This document shows, piece by piece, positions 10,242-20,288 of a stretch of 64,000 nt of DNA; the stretch's first letter is position 1; the number at the start of each line of letters is the position of its first letter. The translations under genes were made by a program, and so were the position numbers. Under the pieces are notes generated by a model. It did not search any database, was not told where the DNA came from, and saw only the letters and a program-made list of their open reading frames with translations. The DNA comes from an uncultured Thermoplasmatales archaeon (lineage in GTDB: Archaea > Thermoplasmatota > E2 > UBA202 > DSCA01), in NCBI GenBank assembly GCA_964514975.1, contig CAZESS010000006.1:27193-91192 (forward strand). Reading direction: 5' to 3'.

Positions 10242-10469
10242 TTATACTAGTTGTAGTTGTTCCTTTGCAACTTGCGGCGCTTTTACAGGTTTTTCACTAA
10301 CGTCTACTACGGCTTCTATGCCTAGTACTTCCACTCCTATTATGCTACCGTTACTGTCAAAGTCTATAAATACTCTACCGTTCGCGAACTCCATTGTCAG
10401 TTCCACTTCCTCGTGTCTGAGGTAAGCATATAAAGCTTGAGCCTCAGGATCGTATGTTGCTTTTGGCAC
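10242..10469 (-). CDS. DUF2283-like small protein
   Basis: YDPEAQALY...IDFDSNGSIIGVEVL pattern. Confidence 0.75.
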   Translation of the reverse strand: MPKATYDPEAQALYAYLRHEEVELTMEFANGRVFIDFDSNGSIIGVEVLGIEAVVDVSEKPVKAPQVAKEQLQLV

Positions 10470-11502
10470 TAAGTAAACCCCCTAATTGCTGTACTACTTG
10501 TGAGCAGTATTTATCCCAAGTAAGTTCGGTTTCGATAACGACACGTAGCTGTACGTCATAGGTACCCTTAATAGTCGTGCATATTTGCGCTGCGTGTTTG
10601 GGGGAAGACGCTACGTTATCGAACAACTGACTTTCCTGAAATTCGGGTATAGTAATAACTGGCAGCTTGGCGCAGGTGGCTTCTAAAGGCGCTAGCCATC
10701 CTCCCTGACCTGTCACTGGATGCAGCAGTACGTCATAGTTGTTGTAAGCCCTTCTTACGTATTCTCGATTTCGCTGCCCTAAAAAGTGTACTCTACTTTC
10801 CAAATCCCAATCGGCGATATAGCGCTGTAACTTCTTTAAGTAGCTTTTGTCGGAAGCGTCGCCTATGAGGGTTAGTGATGCGTCGGAGGCTTGCCCGTCA
10901 GGCATGTGGTCCAGCAGTTGACTTAGTACTTGCAAACTCCACAACTGGTTTTTTAGTGGAGTGACAGTACCTACTTGTAGTAAGTTTAGGAAATGTCTGG
11001 GAGTTGTTATAGGTTCATATACTTTTTCCGACCACCACTCAAAGTCTATACCGTAAGATATGATAGTTGGAGTAATACCGTACAAGCGTTGGAAGCGTGC
11101 TTGGTCATAAGTGGTAGCTACAACCATATCAACAAAAGGATGACTAACCCACCACTTGTTAAACTTCTCCAAAGGTTTTCTCCACCATTTGCTAAACAAC
11201 TCTGGGGGTTCATTGACGTACCACAACAAAGGTTTTTTACGGGGAAAAGACGTCAGCGACGCGGGAAAATTGAAGGCGATGATCGCGTCACTCCCCAAAG
11301 CATTAACTCTTTCCCACATTCCTAAGTAGGTGTTTACAGTTGAGTACTTGCCTTCGAGATCAATTAACATTTCGTAGGGAGGATCTTTGAGAACCAACTC
11401 GTAACAGTAGTTATGCTTGTGTAACCAATTGTCCAAGCGTACAACAACCTCTTCTGCCCCTCCATAAAAGTGTTGACATGGATGTACGACTACTATCTTC
11501 AA
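10444..11502 (-). CDS. GT4 family glycosyltransferase
   Basis: GGAEEVV, VGTVTPLKNQ, GGWLAPLEA...PVI. Confidence 0.85.
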   Translation of the reverse strand: MKIVVVHPCQHFYGGAEEVVVRLDNWLHKHNYCYELVLKDPPYEMLIDLEGKYSTVNTYLGMWERVNALGSDAIIAFNFPASLTSFPRKKPLLWYVNEPPELFSKWWRKPLEKFNKWWVSHPFVDMVVATTYDQARFQRLYGITPTIISYGIDFEWWSEKVYEPITTPRHFLNLLQVGTVTPLKNQLWSLQVLSQLLDHMPDGQASDASLTLIGDASDKSYLKKLQRYIADWDLESRVHFLGQRNREYVRRAYNNYDVLLHPVTGQGGWLAPLEATCAKLPVITIPEFQESQLFDNVASSPKHAAQICTTIKGTYDVQLRVVIETELTWDKYCSQVVQQLGGLLSAKSNIRS

Positions 11503-11828
11503 AAAGCCCCCTCTGCTACTAGAACACTGCTGCCTCGACTTTTACGATTAGAATCTGCGTCTATGATTGTGATGGAGTCGCTGGGGATAGTTCTTGTGAT
11601 ATACTTATGTCCCGGCAAGTCGGTGTATACTTTGATGTTGGACGGAACACAAATCTTTAGTAACGCCAAGTTCTCTTGGTAGTCTTCAGGGTCAACTGCC
11701 CTTAAACAGTCTTGCCTGCAATCGAATACAAATCTGCGTTGCCCACCTACCGTTTTTAAGCCGGAGCTTTTTATGTGCCGCAACTCGCTTTCGGGTACAA
11801 CAGTGTAAACTAAGGTCAACTCAATCAC
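11499..11828 (-). CDS. Small ADP-ribosyltransferase/Tpt1-like fold protein (divergent)
   Basis: YTVVPESELRHIKSSGLK...LLKI...IPSDSI, similar to 20846..21286. Confidence 0.4.
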   Translation of the reverse strand: MIELTLVYTVVPESELRHIKSSGLKTVGGQRRFVFDCRQDCLRAVDPEDYQENLALLKICVPSNIKVYTDLPGHKYITRTIPSDSITIIDADSNRKSRGSSVLVAEGAF

Positions 11829-11834
11829 TCTCCT

Positions 11835-12158
11835 TTATAAATACCGCCATTGCTCGCACGTAGTACGTGCTATGTCCGTAACGGTTCTTCCTTTGGTACA
11901 TTTTTGGGATTGCAAGTCGCAAAACTTACACCAGTTACAGGTATGAGGTCCTGGATAGGTCTTAAACGGCCTTACCATCATCTCCCTGACTTCCTTTAGA
12001 GGCGGTTTTTGTTGGAACCTTGCCGCCAAATGTTCCCATTCGTCTTTGGTAAGGAATCTTTCGGCTGTAGCGGGCGCGTCCACAATGGCTATGCAAGTGC
12101 CCGTATCTTCAAGATCCAATACCGGAAAGTACTTAAACATCACCCTTCCACACTCCAT
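11835..12158 (-). CDS. Hypothetical Cys-rich protein
   Basis: CxxCxxC...C...C at the C-terminus; within the operon. Confidence 0.5.
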   Translation of the reverse strand: MECGRVMFKYFPVLDLEDTGTCIAIVDAPATAERFLTKDEWEHLAARFQQKPPLKEVREMMVRPFKTYPGPHTCNWCKFCDLQSQKCTKGRTVTDIARTTCEQWRYL

Positions 12159-13359
12159 ACTTTTTTACTCTGCTGAGAGTGTTGAAAGCTCTACAACCTA
12201 CACACACTTCTGGTACCGGCGCGTGCGGGTCTACCACCTTTTTACGGAACTGCTTGTAATGCGGTGTATTCCAGATTTCTTTGAGTGTAGATTGGTGTAT
12301 GTTTCCAAAAGCTAAACGCTCTAAGTTAGGTCGATCGTTGCTCATTAAAACAGCACAACAAGGTACCACGTGACCTGTTATCATTATGTAAGGCTCGCTC
12401 CAAAACGTGCAAAAGTCTACAGGCGCTTTGTTTTCTTCTATATGCGTTATATGAGACCAGTAGTTTGTGAACCCGTACAACTTGCTTCGCCTGTCTGTAA
12501 TGGCAACGATCTCTTTAGGTATCTCTACCGCCAAACCTTTTGTTTGCTCGAACTCTAGTAGGGCGACGATGTTGATGGAAGGGTCATCTCCGTAATCTCG
12601 TACATCATCTACTAATGAGGACAGGAATTCGGGTATTCGCGTAACTTCGTGTACGTTGTGTTTAAGAAAACAGAACCTAAAGCAAATCTCGGGAAGTGGG
12701 CTATTTAATTGCTTTTTAGCTGCGACTAACTTTTGTATGTTGGATTTTACCGCTTCAAAGTTCGAACCTACTCGGATCTTTTCGTAGGTGTCCTTCGTAA
12801 CACCGTCAAAAGACCAGTAAATGCGGTCGACACCCGACTCTACTAAAAAGCGTATTTCGTTATCACTTATGCGGTAAAAGTCGTGACTAAAGTCTACGTA
12901 GATGCCCTTGGCCTTACAGTACAACACCATTTTAAGGAAATCAGGGTCTAAGAAGGGGCTACCTTCCCCTGTAAGGTTAATCCACTTTAAGTTAGGTATC
13001 GCGTCAACTATCTTGCGGAAGTCGTTGAATTGTAAGTGTTGGTTCAAGTACGACTTATCCGGCCAGTAGGTATGCTCACACATGATGCACCGCAAGTAGC
13101 AAGCCGTAGTTACTTCAACTTCTATGTCCCACAAAAAAGGCGCCTTACCCGTAAGCTTCCATACGGGGTCAAGTACGCCTCGTCCGCAATCTTCGCCTCG
13201 TACGAAATAGGTTACGAACAAGTGGTTTTTGAGGGATTGATACTCTCCCTTTTTAAGCAGGTATTTGAGTGTCCTGCGGTGCTTCCACAATAATTGTGTA
13301 GCAGAAAAAGGCCTGTAGGCTACGTTTGCAACAACATCGAGATTTTCTTTGAAAGTCAC
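12133..13359 (-). CDS. Radical SAM protein with SPASM/twitch domain (paralog 3)
   Basis: CYLRCIMC, GEGSP, SFDG, GHVVPCC, FGNIH..W, CVGC. Confidence 0.9.
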   Translation of the reverse strand: MTFKENLDVVANVAYRPFSATQLLWKHRRTLKYLLKKGEYQSLKNHLFVTYFVRGEDCGRGVLDPVWKLTGKAPFLWDIEVEVTTACYLRCIMCEHTYWPDKSYLNQHLQFNDFRKIVDAIPNLKWINLTGEGSPFLDPDFLKMVLYCKAKGIYVDFSHDFYRISDNEIRFLVESGVDRIYWSFDGVTKDTYEKIRVGSNFEAVKSNIQKLVAAKKQLNSPLPEICFRFCFLKHNVHEVTRIPEFLSSLVDDVRDYGDDPSINIVALLEFEQTKGLAVEIPKEIVAITDRRSKLYGFTNYWSHITHIEENKAPVDFCTFWSEPYIMITGHVVPCCAVLMSNDRPNLERLAFGNIHQSTLKEIWNTPHYKQFRKKVVDPHAPVPEVCVGCRAFNTLSRVKKYGVWKGDV

Positions 13360-14000
13360 TCATCCTCCAATCCATGTCTAGTAAGGTAATTGTTTACGTA
13401 CTTGACAGCGCGTCGCAAGCTTTGCGGAGGTATGCCCATCTCAGGTTGAAGTTCTTCAAGCGCCTCACGTACTTCGCGCCACTCCACGCCATCCCTAAGT
13501 ACCATTGTCACGGCGTTGTCAATCAGGGCATCAGTCCAACTATCTCCAGTATGTATACATGCTTGTAGCTCTCTCTTCATCGCCTGTTTTGAAGTTATTG
13601 CCTCAGAGGCTTTAGAGAAGCTTGATAAGTGTTTGTGGTACAGGTGCGCCAACTCATGTCTTAAAGCACTCTTTGCTCTGGGCTTAGACATGCCTTCGGG
13701 TATAGATATGACATATTTGCCGGGCGCAACAACTTCAACTCGCGGGTCAGAAGTTCTCTCGCCGATTATTACTTTAGGAATTTTACCTGTATAGCCGACT
13801 TTCTTAGCTTCCTGCTGAACTAACTCTTTAGGAATTTCTTTGTAGCCGCCGTATGTGGTTATGTCGTGCCCGAAGTACTCACGTGACAGCAACTTGTCTA
13901 CTGAGGTACCGGAAGGTATGGCATCCCAATCTTCCCCAAGTTCTTCGAAGTATTCTTTCCAAGCTTGTTGCTGCCTAGACGTTAGGTCTCTTTTCTTCAA
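13356..14000 (-). CDS. Putative HExxH zinc metallopeptidase-like protein
   Basis: ALRHELAH with a downstream E (RELQA). Confidence 0.55.
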   Translation of the reverse strand: MKKRDLTSRQQQAWKEYFEELGEDWDAIPSGTSVDKLLSREYFGHDITTYGGYKEIPKELVQQEAKKVGYTGKIPKVIIGERTSDPRVEVVAPGKYVISIPEGMSKPRAKSALRHELAHLYHKHLSSFSKASEAITSKQAMKRELQACIHTGDSWTDALIDNAVTMVLRDGVEWREVREALEELQPEMGIPPQSLRRAVKYVNNYLTRHGLEDE

Positions 14001-14002
14001 CC

Positions 14003-15034
14003 TTACTTACCCCTTCTCAAAATTGACTCGTAAACTCTTTCGTAAGCGTCTACGGTCCTTTCCCAGTCGTGATTCTCCTTAGCCCACAAATAGTTTGCCT
14101 TAGTATCCACCGTTTCTACTAAGTCGTACAAAGACTCCTTAGTTTGTAGTACTCCGTTGAGGTCGGGGGCTAAAGCGCATCCGATTATGACCTCGAACGG
14201 TAGAACCGCATCGGTCATTACTACTACAGGTCGGCCGCAAGCCATTGCTTCAACAATGGGAAGTCCATAACCTTCAATCCACGTAGGGAATACTAGTACA
14301 TCAATGGAGTTGTAGAAGTCTACTAGTTGATTGTCGGGTATTATATCTAAAAACTCTATTCTAGGATCGCCCCCTGCAAGCCTTTTTAATCGAGGAGCTT
14401 CAGGCCCTATTCCCGCTATTTTAACGTGCCAGTTTTCCTTACTTTCCGTAACTGCTAAGATTAGCAATTCTACCCTTTTTCTACGGTCTAACTGCCCTAA
14501 GTAACCCAAACGTAAGTAGTTGTTATCCACGGGCTCTTTAATATCTAAGTTGGGAAGGATGCCTGACCTTATTGTACAAATAGAAGAGGGGCTTACATTC
14601 AAGCATGAGGAGACCTCAAGGCTAGTTTTGTCGCTTACGGCTACGATACTCTTACTTTTCGCAGCACGTTTTGCGGCGTATTTGAAATAGGCTACACCCA
14701 GATCATGTTTCAGCCCTTTCTCTCCTAAGCCGCTTCCTAACCTTTTGGGATGTGTAATTTGAAACAAGTCGTGGAAGGTCACTACACTTTTGTCTCGCGG
14801 GAGCCACATGGCTTCCATAGGAGTTAATGCGTGGTATACTTGGGCATCTTTTGGCATCTTCTTGCGTATCTCGTAAAAGGTGTACCAAAAATAAGAGTAT
14901 AAGGACATACTCTCTGCACTAATGCAAACTACTTCGTGACCCCTTTTTTGCAGGCGGTCGCGTATTTCAATAGATACGCGTCCCAAACCAGCGTTGCGAA
15001 GATCGAAACACTTTGTTAGTAAGCAGATCCTCAT
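14003..15034 (-). CDS. GT4 family glycosyltransferase
   Basis: TFHDL, RKRV, EGYGLPIVEAMACGRPVV. Confidence 0.92.
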   Translation of the reverse strand: MRICLLTKCFDLRNAGLGRVSIEIRDRLQKRGHEVVCISAESMSLYSYFWYTFYEIRKKMPKDAQVYHALTPMEAMWLPRDKSVVTFHDLFQITHPKRLGSGLGEKGLKHDLGVAYFKYAAKRAAKSKSIVAVSDKTSLEVSSCLNVSPSSICTIRSGILPNLDIKEPVDNNYLRLGYLGQLDRRKRVELLILAVTESKENWHVKIAGIGPEAPRLKRLAGGDPRIEFLDIIPDNQLVDFYNSIDVLVFPTWIEGYGLPIVEAMACGRPVVVMTDAVLPFEVIIGCALAPDLNGVLQTKESLYDLVETVDTKANYLWAKENHDWERTVDAYERVYESILRRGK

Positions 15035-15247
15035 CTACCAATCCTCGCGAGGGACAATGGTACGTGGCTTTCGAAACCCAGCCTTGTGAAAGATAGTGTT
15101 TGAGGGAGCATCTCTTAATATAACAGGTTTGACGTCTTCGTATTTACCTTCGTACTCGGGTATGGGCTGACCCTTGCTGTCAAAAGCTCGTACCATACCG
15201 TTCTGCCACAAATGTACTATTGCGATAGTTCTTGCCATGCCGCCTCC

Positions 15248-15715
15248 TTAGTCTAAGTAGTATCTTTTCCAGTGGAGCTTGCGATAGTCACGCAACCACA
15301 ACACTAACAAGGTTATAATCATAACAGCTAAAACAATTATTACGTAATAGTACCACTGAAACGAGTCTGAAGACGGAGGAGGCGAAGGTTCTTCCACTTC
15401 CTTCAGATCTTCTGGGGCCTGTTCGGATTGTTGCTTGTCTTGCAAGTAGTCCAAATACCATTGTTGGAGGTGGATTACTTGCGGAGGCTTAACTTCAGAC
15501 TCCTCAAAAACGGAGAAAGGGTCTCTACCATAACTTTCCGGAGGACACCCGTACGGACCTGAGTCCCACGAGTACTGCCTTTTAGGGTCTGGCTGTTCCT
15601 GCTCTTCTTCTACGACTTTTACCCGCAAACTTACGTCGTCCTCTCCTTCACAGTCTGCTAGTAAAGGTTGAGGTAGCAAAAGTAGTAACAGGAACGGAAA
15701 AACCCACTTAACCAT
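15248..15715 (-). CDS. Secreted, C-terminally membrane-anchored protein
   Basis: Signal peptide, Pro/Ser linker, C-terminal TM with basic tail. Confidence 0.6.
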   Translation of the reverse strand: MVKWVFPFLLLLLLPQPLLADCEGEDDVSLRVKVVEEEQEQPDPKRQYSWDSGPYGCPPESYGRDPFSVFEESEVKPPQVIHLQQWYLDYLQDKQQSEQAPEDLKEVEEPSPPPSSDSFQWYYYVIIVLAVMIITLLVLWLRDYRKLHWKRYYLD

Positions 15716-16210
15716 TTATCTCCCCCGGGGCGCAAGCTTTATGAAGGTAAGGACCGCTAACACCAGTACCATGAAACCTATGATAATGTAATATAGTTCA
15801 GTTACGTGTCCCTCGAAGTCAAGAGGACCGTAAGGCGCTGCACCCTTCACTGTTAAAGGTATTTGTATTCCTACACCCACAGCAGCACCCGTCATAGGCT
15901 TCAACCTTAGAAACCCTTCATGAACTCCGCTAGCAACTACTTTTATGTCTAAAGTGATAGTACGGTTGTTCTCGTCAAGCGTTACATACGTAGGACTGTA
16001 CTGTAGTACCGTTGAAGGAATGTCTTTTAAGGTTATGCGAACATCTCCTACGTATCCTGAGGTTTCTGTAAGGGTGATGGAACTGTCACCTTCCTCGATA
16101 ACAACATTGGTAGGGGTTATGCCAAACTGACTAGCGCTTACGGGTTCACATAAAGCAAGTAAAGCCGCTAAACCTATAATGAACCACGCTATAATCTTTT
16201 CCAACAACAT
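15716..16210 (-). CDS. Secreted Ig-like protein with C-terminal TM anchor
   Basis: Signal peptide, beta-rich FGITP...GVGIQIPLTV, C-terminal TM, NRT sequon. Confidence 0.6.
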   Translation of the reverse strand: MLLEKIIAWFIIGLAALLALCEPVSASQFGITPTNVVIEEGDSSITLTETSGYVGDVRITLKDIPSTVLQYSPTYVTLDENNRTITLDIKVVASGVHEGFLRLKPMTGAAVGVGIQIPLTVKGAAPYGPLDFEGHVTELYYIIIGFMVLVLAVLTFIKLAPRGR

Positions 16211-16245
16211 TTTTGCCTCCGAGGGGGATGAACCCCCTCAAATGT

Positions 16246-17148
16246 TTATACAGGCGTAACCCAGAAGGTTAAGGTACCTGTTTCCGTTCCGGGCGGTGTA
16301 GCTACGGGAACTCCCAAACGCGCATCTACGTCAAAGGAACCTGCAACTGCAACACCTTCGCTCCACATGTTAAGGAAAGCCCATCCGCCGCCAGAGTCGA
16401 ACTCCAGGTTTCCGTTAAAAAGATCTGTAGCACTAGCTTCAACAGTCACGTCGACATCTCCACAATTACTTACTGTCAACGCGTTACCTATCTCCACTTC
16501 TGTACCGGGCTGTACGCTTCCAAAGTCTAAAGAGCTTGGCGTAACGTCTATACATACGCAATGTGCATCTTGCACTTCTACGGTAAGGTCTACCTCGTCG
16601 TTACCTGAGCAAGGTTCAGTAACGAACTGTACCCAATCAAAGGCTACTTGCCCGTAGGTGTCGAAGTATTCCCACTGTACTCCTGTAGCGCAAAACTCCA
16701 CCACGTGCTGCATTTGGTTAGGAAGCCCGAAAACTGTTAAGTCCACAGTTTCGTCAACCCACGTCTCTGCAGGATCGCTAGGATCAGGGTCGTTGTAAGT
16801 GAAGACAGTTACACCATCCACCTTCACTTCGTAAGAGTCGTCGCCGATGCCTTCTAAAGCTGACCATGAAAGTTCCAGCGGATTCGCGCACTCGCAACAT
16901 TGGAAGGTGATGTCAGCGCAAGGATCTTCGGTAGTTTCCCATACTACGCGACAATCGTCTACGCCTCCATAGTTACCTCCAGAGTTTGCCGGCTCGATCG
17001 GGCCCCACCCGTTCATCACAACAGAGCTTTCGCTAGTGGTATTCCCAATGTCTACGTCCCATGTCCCGGGACAAGACGTGTCCGCCGTTGCCATGGTTGG
17101 TACTAAAAGTACCGCAACGACTGCTAGGGCTGCAATAAGTTTGTGCAT
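16246..17148 (-). CDS. Secreted two-domain surface protein (C-terminal pilin/WxL-like Ig domain)
   Basis: AGGAGG + ATG at 17148; signal peptide; PSSLDFG..LTVSNCG..GTLTFWVTPV; NTT sequon. Confidence 0.6.
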   Translation of the reverse strand: MHKLIAALAVVAVLLVPTMATADTSCPGTWDVDIGNTTSESSVVMNGWGPIEPANSGGNYGGVDDCRVVWETTEDPCADITFQCCECANPLELSWSALEGIGDDSYEVKVDGVTVFTYNDPDPSDPAETWVDETVDLTVFGLPNQMQHVVEFCATGVQWEYFDTYGQVAFDWVQFVTEPCSGNDEVDLTVEVQDAHCVCIDVTPSSLDFGSVQPGTEVEIGNALTVSNCGDVDVTVEASATDLFNGNLEFDSGGGWAFLNMWSEGVAVAGSFDVDARLGVPVATPPGTETGTLTFWVTPV

Positions 17149-17207
17149 GTAAAACCTCCTCCTTTTCATACTTTCGTGTAATTAACCCCCTACACGTAAT
17201 CTACCAT

Positions 17208-17237
17208 ATTATACATGAGTGTAGCAAGTTTTTTCAA
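17208..17237 (-). promoter_or_regulatory. sigma70-type promoter for the surface-protein genes
   Basis: TTGAAA-N18-TATAAT on the minus strand in an AT-rich gap. Confidence 0.55.
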
Positions 17238-18075
17238 TAGTGTATAGAAAGTCATTCATAAATGTTTGTAAGTCTCCCGTCCGGCAAATAGCGTTCCCGA
17301 GAGGGTTTTGCACCTAGAAATACGGATCTTAAGGACGGATCCGATAGCAATAGTTCGATTGTAGGAAGCCCGTATTGAGCATATACTGCGCCCATACAAT
17401 ACAACATTTGTTCCTGGTGACGTGTCTTATTAAACCAGACACGCCTTACATCGTTATAGTAATCGCGCCTCATAACTTCTCCAATAACTCCTGCAACTGG
17501 AAACCATCCATACTAATGCATATTTGGTGATCGCGGGAGCCCCACATTATACCTTCGGTATGCAGATACTTTAGCAAATGATCTGCGCAACAATAGTAAA
17601 GGTCGTACATCTCGTCCCCGTGCAAGTAGCACTGCATGGAGAGACCTTCGTGTTCAAAAGGGAGGAGACACCAATCACAAGTTGTCACGCTGATTTCTCG
17701 TTGTAGTATCGTCTTGCCCATGTCTCCTCTTTCCTCGTTTGCACAAAATGTAGACGTCTGTTTCTGGTTTGATGAAAGTAGTATGATATTAGCGAGTTTA
17801 GTTGAGGAGAGGGTCTCCTGTTAAAGAAACCCGCAACAGGGTCATACATTTCAATAAACGTATTTACTAACTCACTTATGCTGGGCTCGTTGGTTCTACT
17901 CTCTTCCATAATGGTGACCTCTTAAAAGATTTTCTACAACTTGGGACTCGGGGACGTTCTCTTGTTCTGCCGTTTTTGCGATGAAGTCTTTTATTACCAG
18001 CTCAGCGGCAAACTCGAAATCTCCCTTTTCCATGTTAGTTAGATCTTCTCCCATCTTGCCCTCCTAATATTCGTA

Positions 18076-18372
18076 CTACCACTTCCACACTACTAAAGGT
18101 GAGTATATCAGCACTGTTAGTGTGACGGTAGCTACAACGCCTAAAACCAATTTAGGGTATAATCCTGTAATACGTGAAGCCAAATAGCAAATGACAATGC
18201 AAGCCAAAATGAAAATGGGTGTATGGAAGATCCTTCCGTGAGTAAGGTTGGGAGCCACGGTTTTCCATAACAACATCGAGAAAAAGTGGTCCAGGTCAAC
18301 CAATACACTAGCAAACCCACACAACCCGAAGATAAGAAGTGCAGTAGCGGCTTCCATATAAAATTCGTCCAA
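18076..18372 (-). CDS. Membrane metal-dependent hydrolase-like protein (YdjM-like)
   Basis: SVLVDLDH...HGRIFHT between TM helices. Confidence 0.55.
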   Translation of the reverse strand: MDEFYMEAATALLIFGLCGFASVLVDLDHFFSMLLWKTVAPNLTHGRIFHTPIFILACIVICYLASRITGLYPKLVLGVVATVTLTVLIYSPLVVWKW

Positions 18373-18399
18373 CCTTCCTTAAGAATTATTTGTAGTATT

Positions 18400-18792
18400 T
18401 CACTCATCTTCGCTGCGACTCATTATAGCTTGTGTACACAGTGCGGCTACGCCTACGCCAAGCAACATTGTGGCGATTCCAGAAGCTACAGGAAGGTTAT
18501 GTAGTTCGTCGTCCTTATACGGTTGGGCTTGTAAAAGGGCAAAGACGGGAGAGTTTTCGGCTTTACCTGTGATGTGGTAACGAATTTCTAACATATCGTT
18601 ATCGTCGACATTTAGGACCTCTACCAACTCTTTATTGGTTAAGTATTGTTGCACAAGCAGGTACTCTTGAATGGTAAGAGTAGCTTCGCCCTCAGCACCG
18701 AATATAGTATCGTCGGCGATAGCCGAATAGGATGGGACTCCAAACGCAAGAAGTACAAGGGCTGCCGCTCCTATAGCTAATACTACCCTCAT
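18400..18792 (-). CDS. Two-TM membrane protein, paralog A
   Basis: GAEGEA motif shared with the adjacent gene. Confidence 0.6.
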   Translation of the reverse strand: MRVVLAIGAAALVLLAFGVPSYSAIADDTIFGAEGEATLTIQEYLLVQQYLTNKELVEVLNVDDNDMLEIRYHITGKAENSPVFALLQAQPYKDDELHNLPVASGIATMLLGVGVAALCTQAIMSRSEDE

Positions 18793-19220
18793 TGCGGCTC
18801 CCTATCGACGCTCTCGTCAAGCATTCTATTCCTACGTACGCTGCATGAGATAAGTGTTCCAAATACTAGTATAATTACCGCGCACATAAATGACAGTCCC
18901 CCAATTAGGTAATAAGACACTTGTGTCAGAAAACTTTTTTGCGGATGGGCTTGCAGGATATCAAAAGCAAGTGCGTCTTTTGACACATTTTCTATACTGT
19001 AAGCTACCTTTACAGAACTTTCCCCGGCTTCCACAATTTGTACTTCTCCCGAGAAAACCTGTGACTGCAGTTGAATAAGTTGCGATAAGGTGATAGCAGC
19101 CTCCCCTTCGGCTCCGTAAACATCCCCATCGGTAAAAAGTAGATATGAAAGATAACCGAAAAAAGCTGCAAGTATTAGAGTGGTTACTAAAGCAAGCGTT
19201 TCGGATATGCCAATTTTCAT
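18789..19220 (-). CDS. Two-TM membrane protein, paralog B
   Basis: GAEGEA and LQAxP motifs shared with the adjacent gene. Confidence 0.6.
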   Translation of the reverse strand: MKIGISETLALVTTLILAAFFGYLSYLLFTDGDVYGAEGEAAITLSQLIQLQSQVFSGEVQIVEAGESSVKVAYSIENVSKDALAFDILQAHPQKSFLTQVSYYLIGGLSFMCAVIILVFGTLISCSVRRNRMLDESVDREPQ

Positions 19221-19233
19221 TTATTCGTCCTCT

Positions 19234-19587
19234 TTAGGTCCTATCGTAGTCATCGTCCTTTCGGATTATGTCATTAGGCTCATACTTAGGTACCACTTCA
19301 ATGAACTTCAAATCGGTAAGAGCTTCTACGCGGTGCCATGCTTTTACAGGAATGCTTACAATCTCTCCGGGGCTTAACAAATGTTCTTGTACCTCTTCAC
19401 TGCCCTCGAGTTGCACAATTACCCAACCTGTACCACTTATACCATACCACGTTTCGTGTCGATGAGAGTGTTGTTGTAGAGAGATCCTACATCCAGCCCT
19501 TACGGACAATACTTTAGCACCACAGTCTTTGCTATCGACAAGCAGCAATTCGTATCCCCACGGTTTATTTGTGCGCAGCGGTATCAT
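19234..19587 (-). CDS. Cupin, mannose-6-phosphate isomerase type II C-terminal-like
   Basis: KPWG, SLQQHSHRHETW, HRV, DIIR. Confidence 0.85.
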   Translation of the reverse strand: MIPLRTNKPWGYELLLVDSKDCGAKVLSVRAGCRISLQQHSHRHETWYGISGTGWVIVQLEGSEEVQEHLLSPGEIVSIPVKAWHRVEALTDLKFIEVVPKYEPNDIIRKDDDYDRT

Positions 19588-20288
19588 TTGAACCTTTCTG
19601 TAAGGAGACGTTTGCCGATTTTGAGACCGTCTACTACTTTCAACTTAGAGTGAGAGTCTTCGGGTCGGGAGTAGTAGTCAATAGGTATTTGGATGATGCT
19701 GTAATGATTTTTTACCGCTTTTGCGAACAACTCCGCTTCTAAGGTAAACCCGTCGCTGTTCAAATGCAATCTTCTAAAGCTGGCAGCTTCGCCCACCCAA
19801 AGACCTGTACACACGTCGGACATCTTCACTCCGAATAACATGCTAGCCCACAACGACAAAGCTTTGTTGCCAAAAGCGTTTAAGGCTGTCATAGAGCCCT
19901 TTTCACGCGTTTTTCGTATTCCTACTACAAAGTTACGCCTACCCATATTCATTCGGTGTTTTACATAAGCTTGGTAAACAGCTTGAGGGGGATATGTATA
20001 GTCCGCATCGATCATAGCCATGAAGGGTGTATTAACGTGGCGCAGCGCGCCTCGAACTGCAAAACCCTTACCACGTGCCGGCAAGTTAACAACCCGCGCA
20101 CCAGCTTCAGCAGCTATTAAGCCAGTATCGTCTGAAGAGTTGTTAGCGACTAATACATCGCAGCCGGGCATACAAACGTATAAATCGCGTACAAGAGGGC
20201 CGATAGTAGCTGCCTCATTTCTGGCTGGCAGTAGGATAGTCAAACGATGCAAGTCTGGAACTAGAGAATGGTAAGTCATAGCCTCCAA
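19584..20288 (-). CDS. GT2 glycosyltransferase, polyprenol-phosphate hexose synthase (DPM1)-like
   Basis: PARNE, GKG, DADYTY, SDVCTG, FTLEAE, SKL. Confidence 0.88.
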   Translation of the reverse strand: MEAMTYHSLVPDLHRLTILLPARNEAATIGPLVRDLYVCMPGCDVLVANNSSDDTGLIAAEAGARVVNLPARGKGFAVRGALRHVNTPFMAMIDADYTYPPQAVYQAYVKHRMNMGRRNFVVGIRKTREKGSMTALNAFGNKALSLWASMLFGVKMSDVCTGLWVGEAASFRRLHLNSDGFTLEAELFAKAVKNHYSIIQIPIDYYSRPEDSHSKLKVVDGLKIGKRLLTERFK

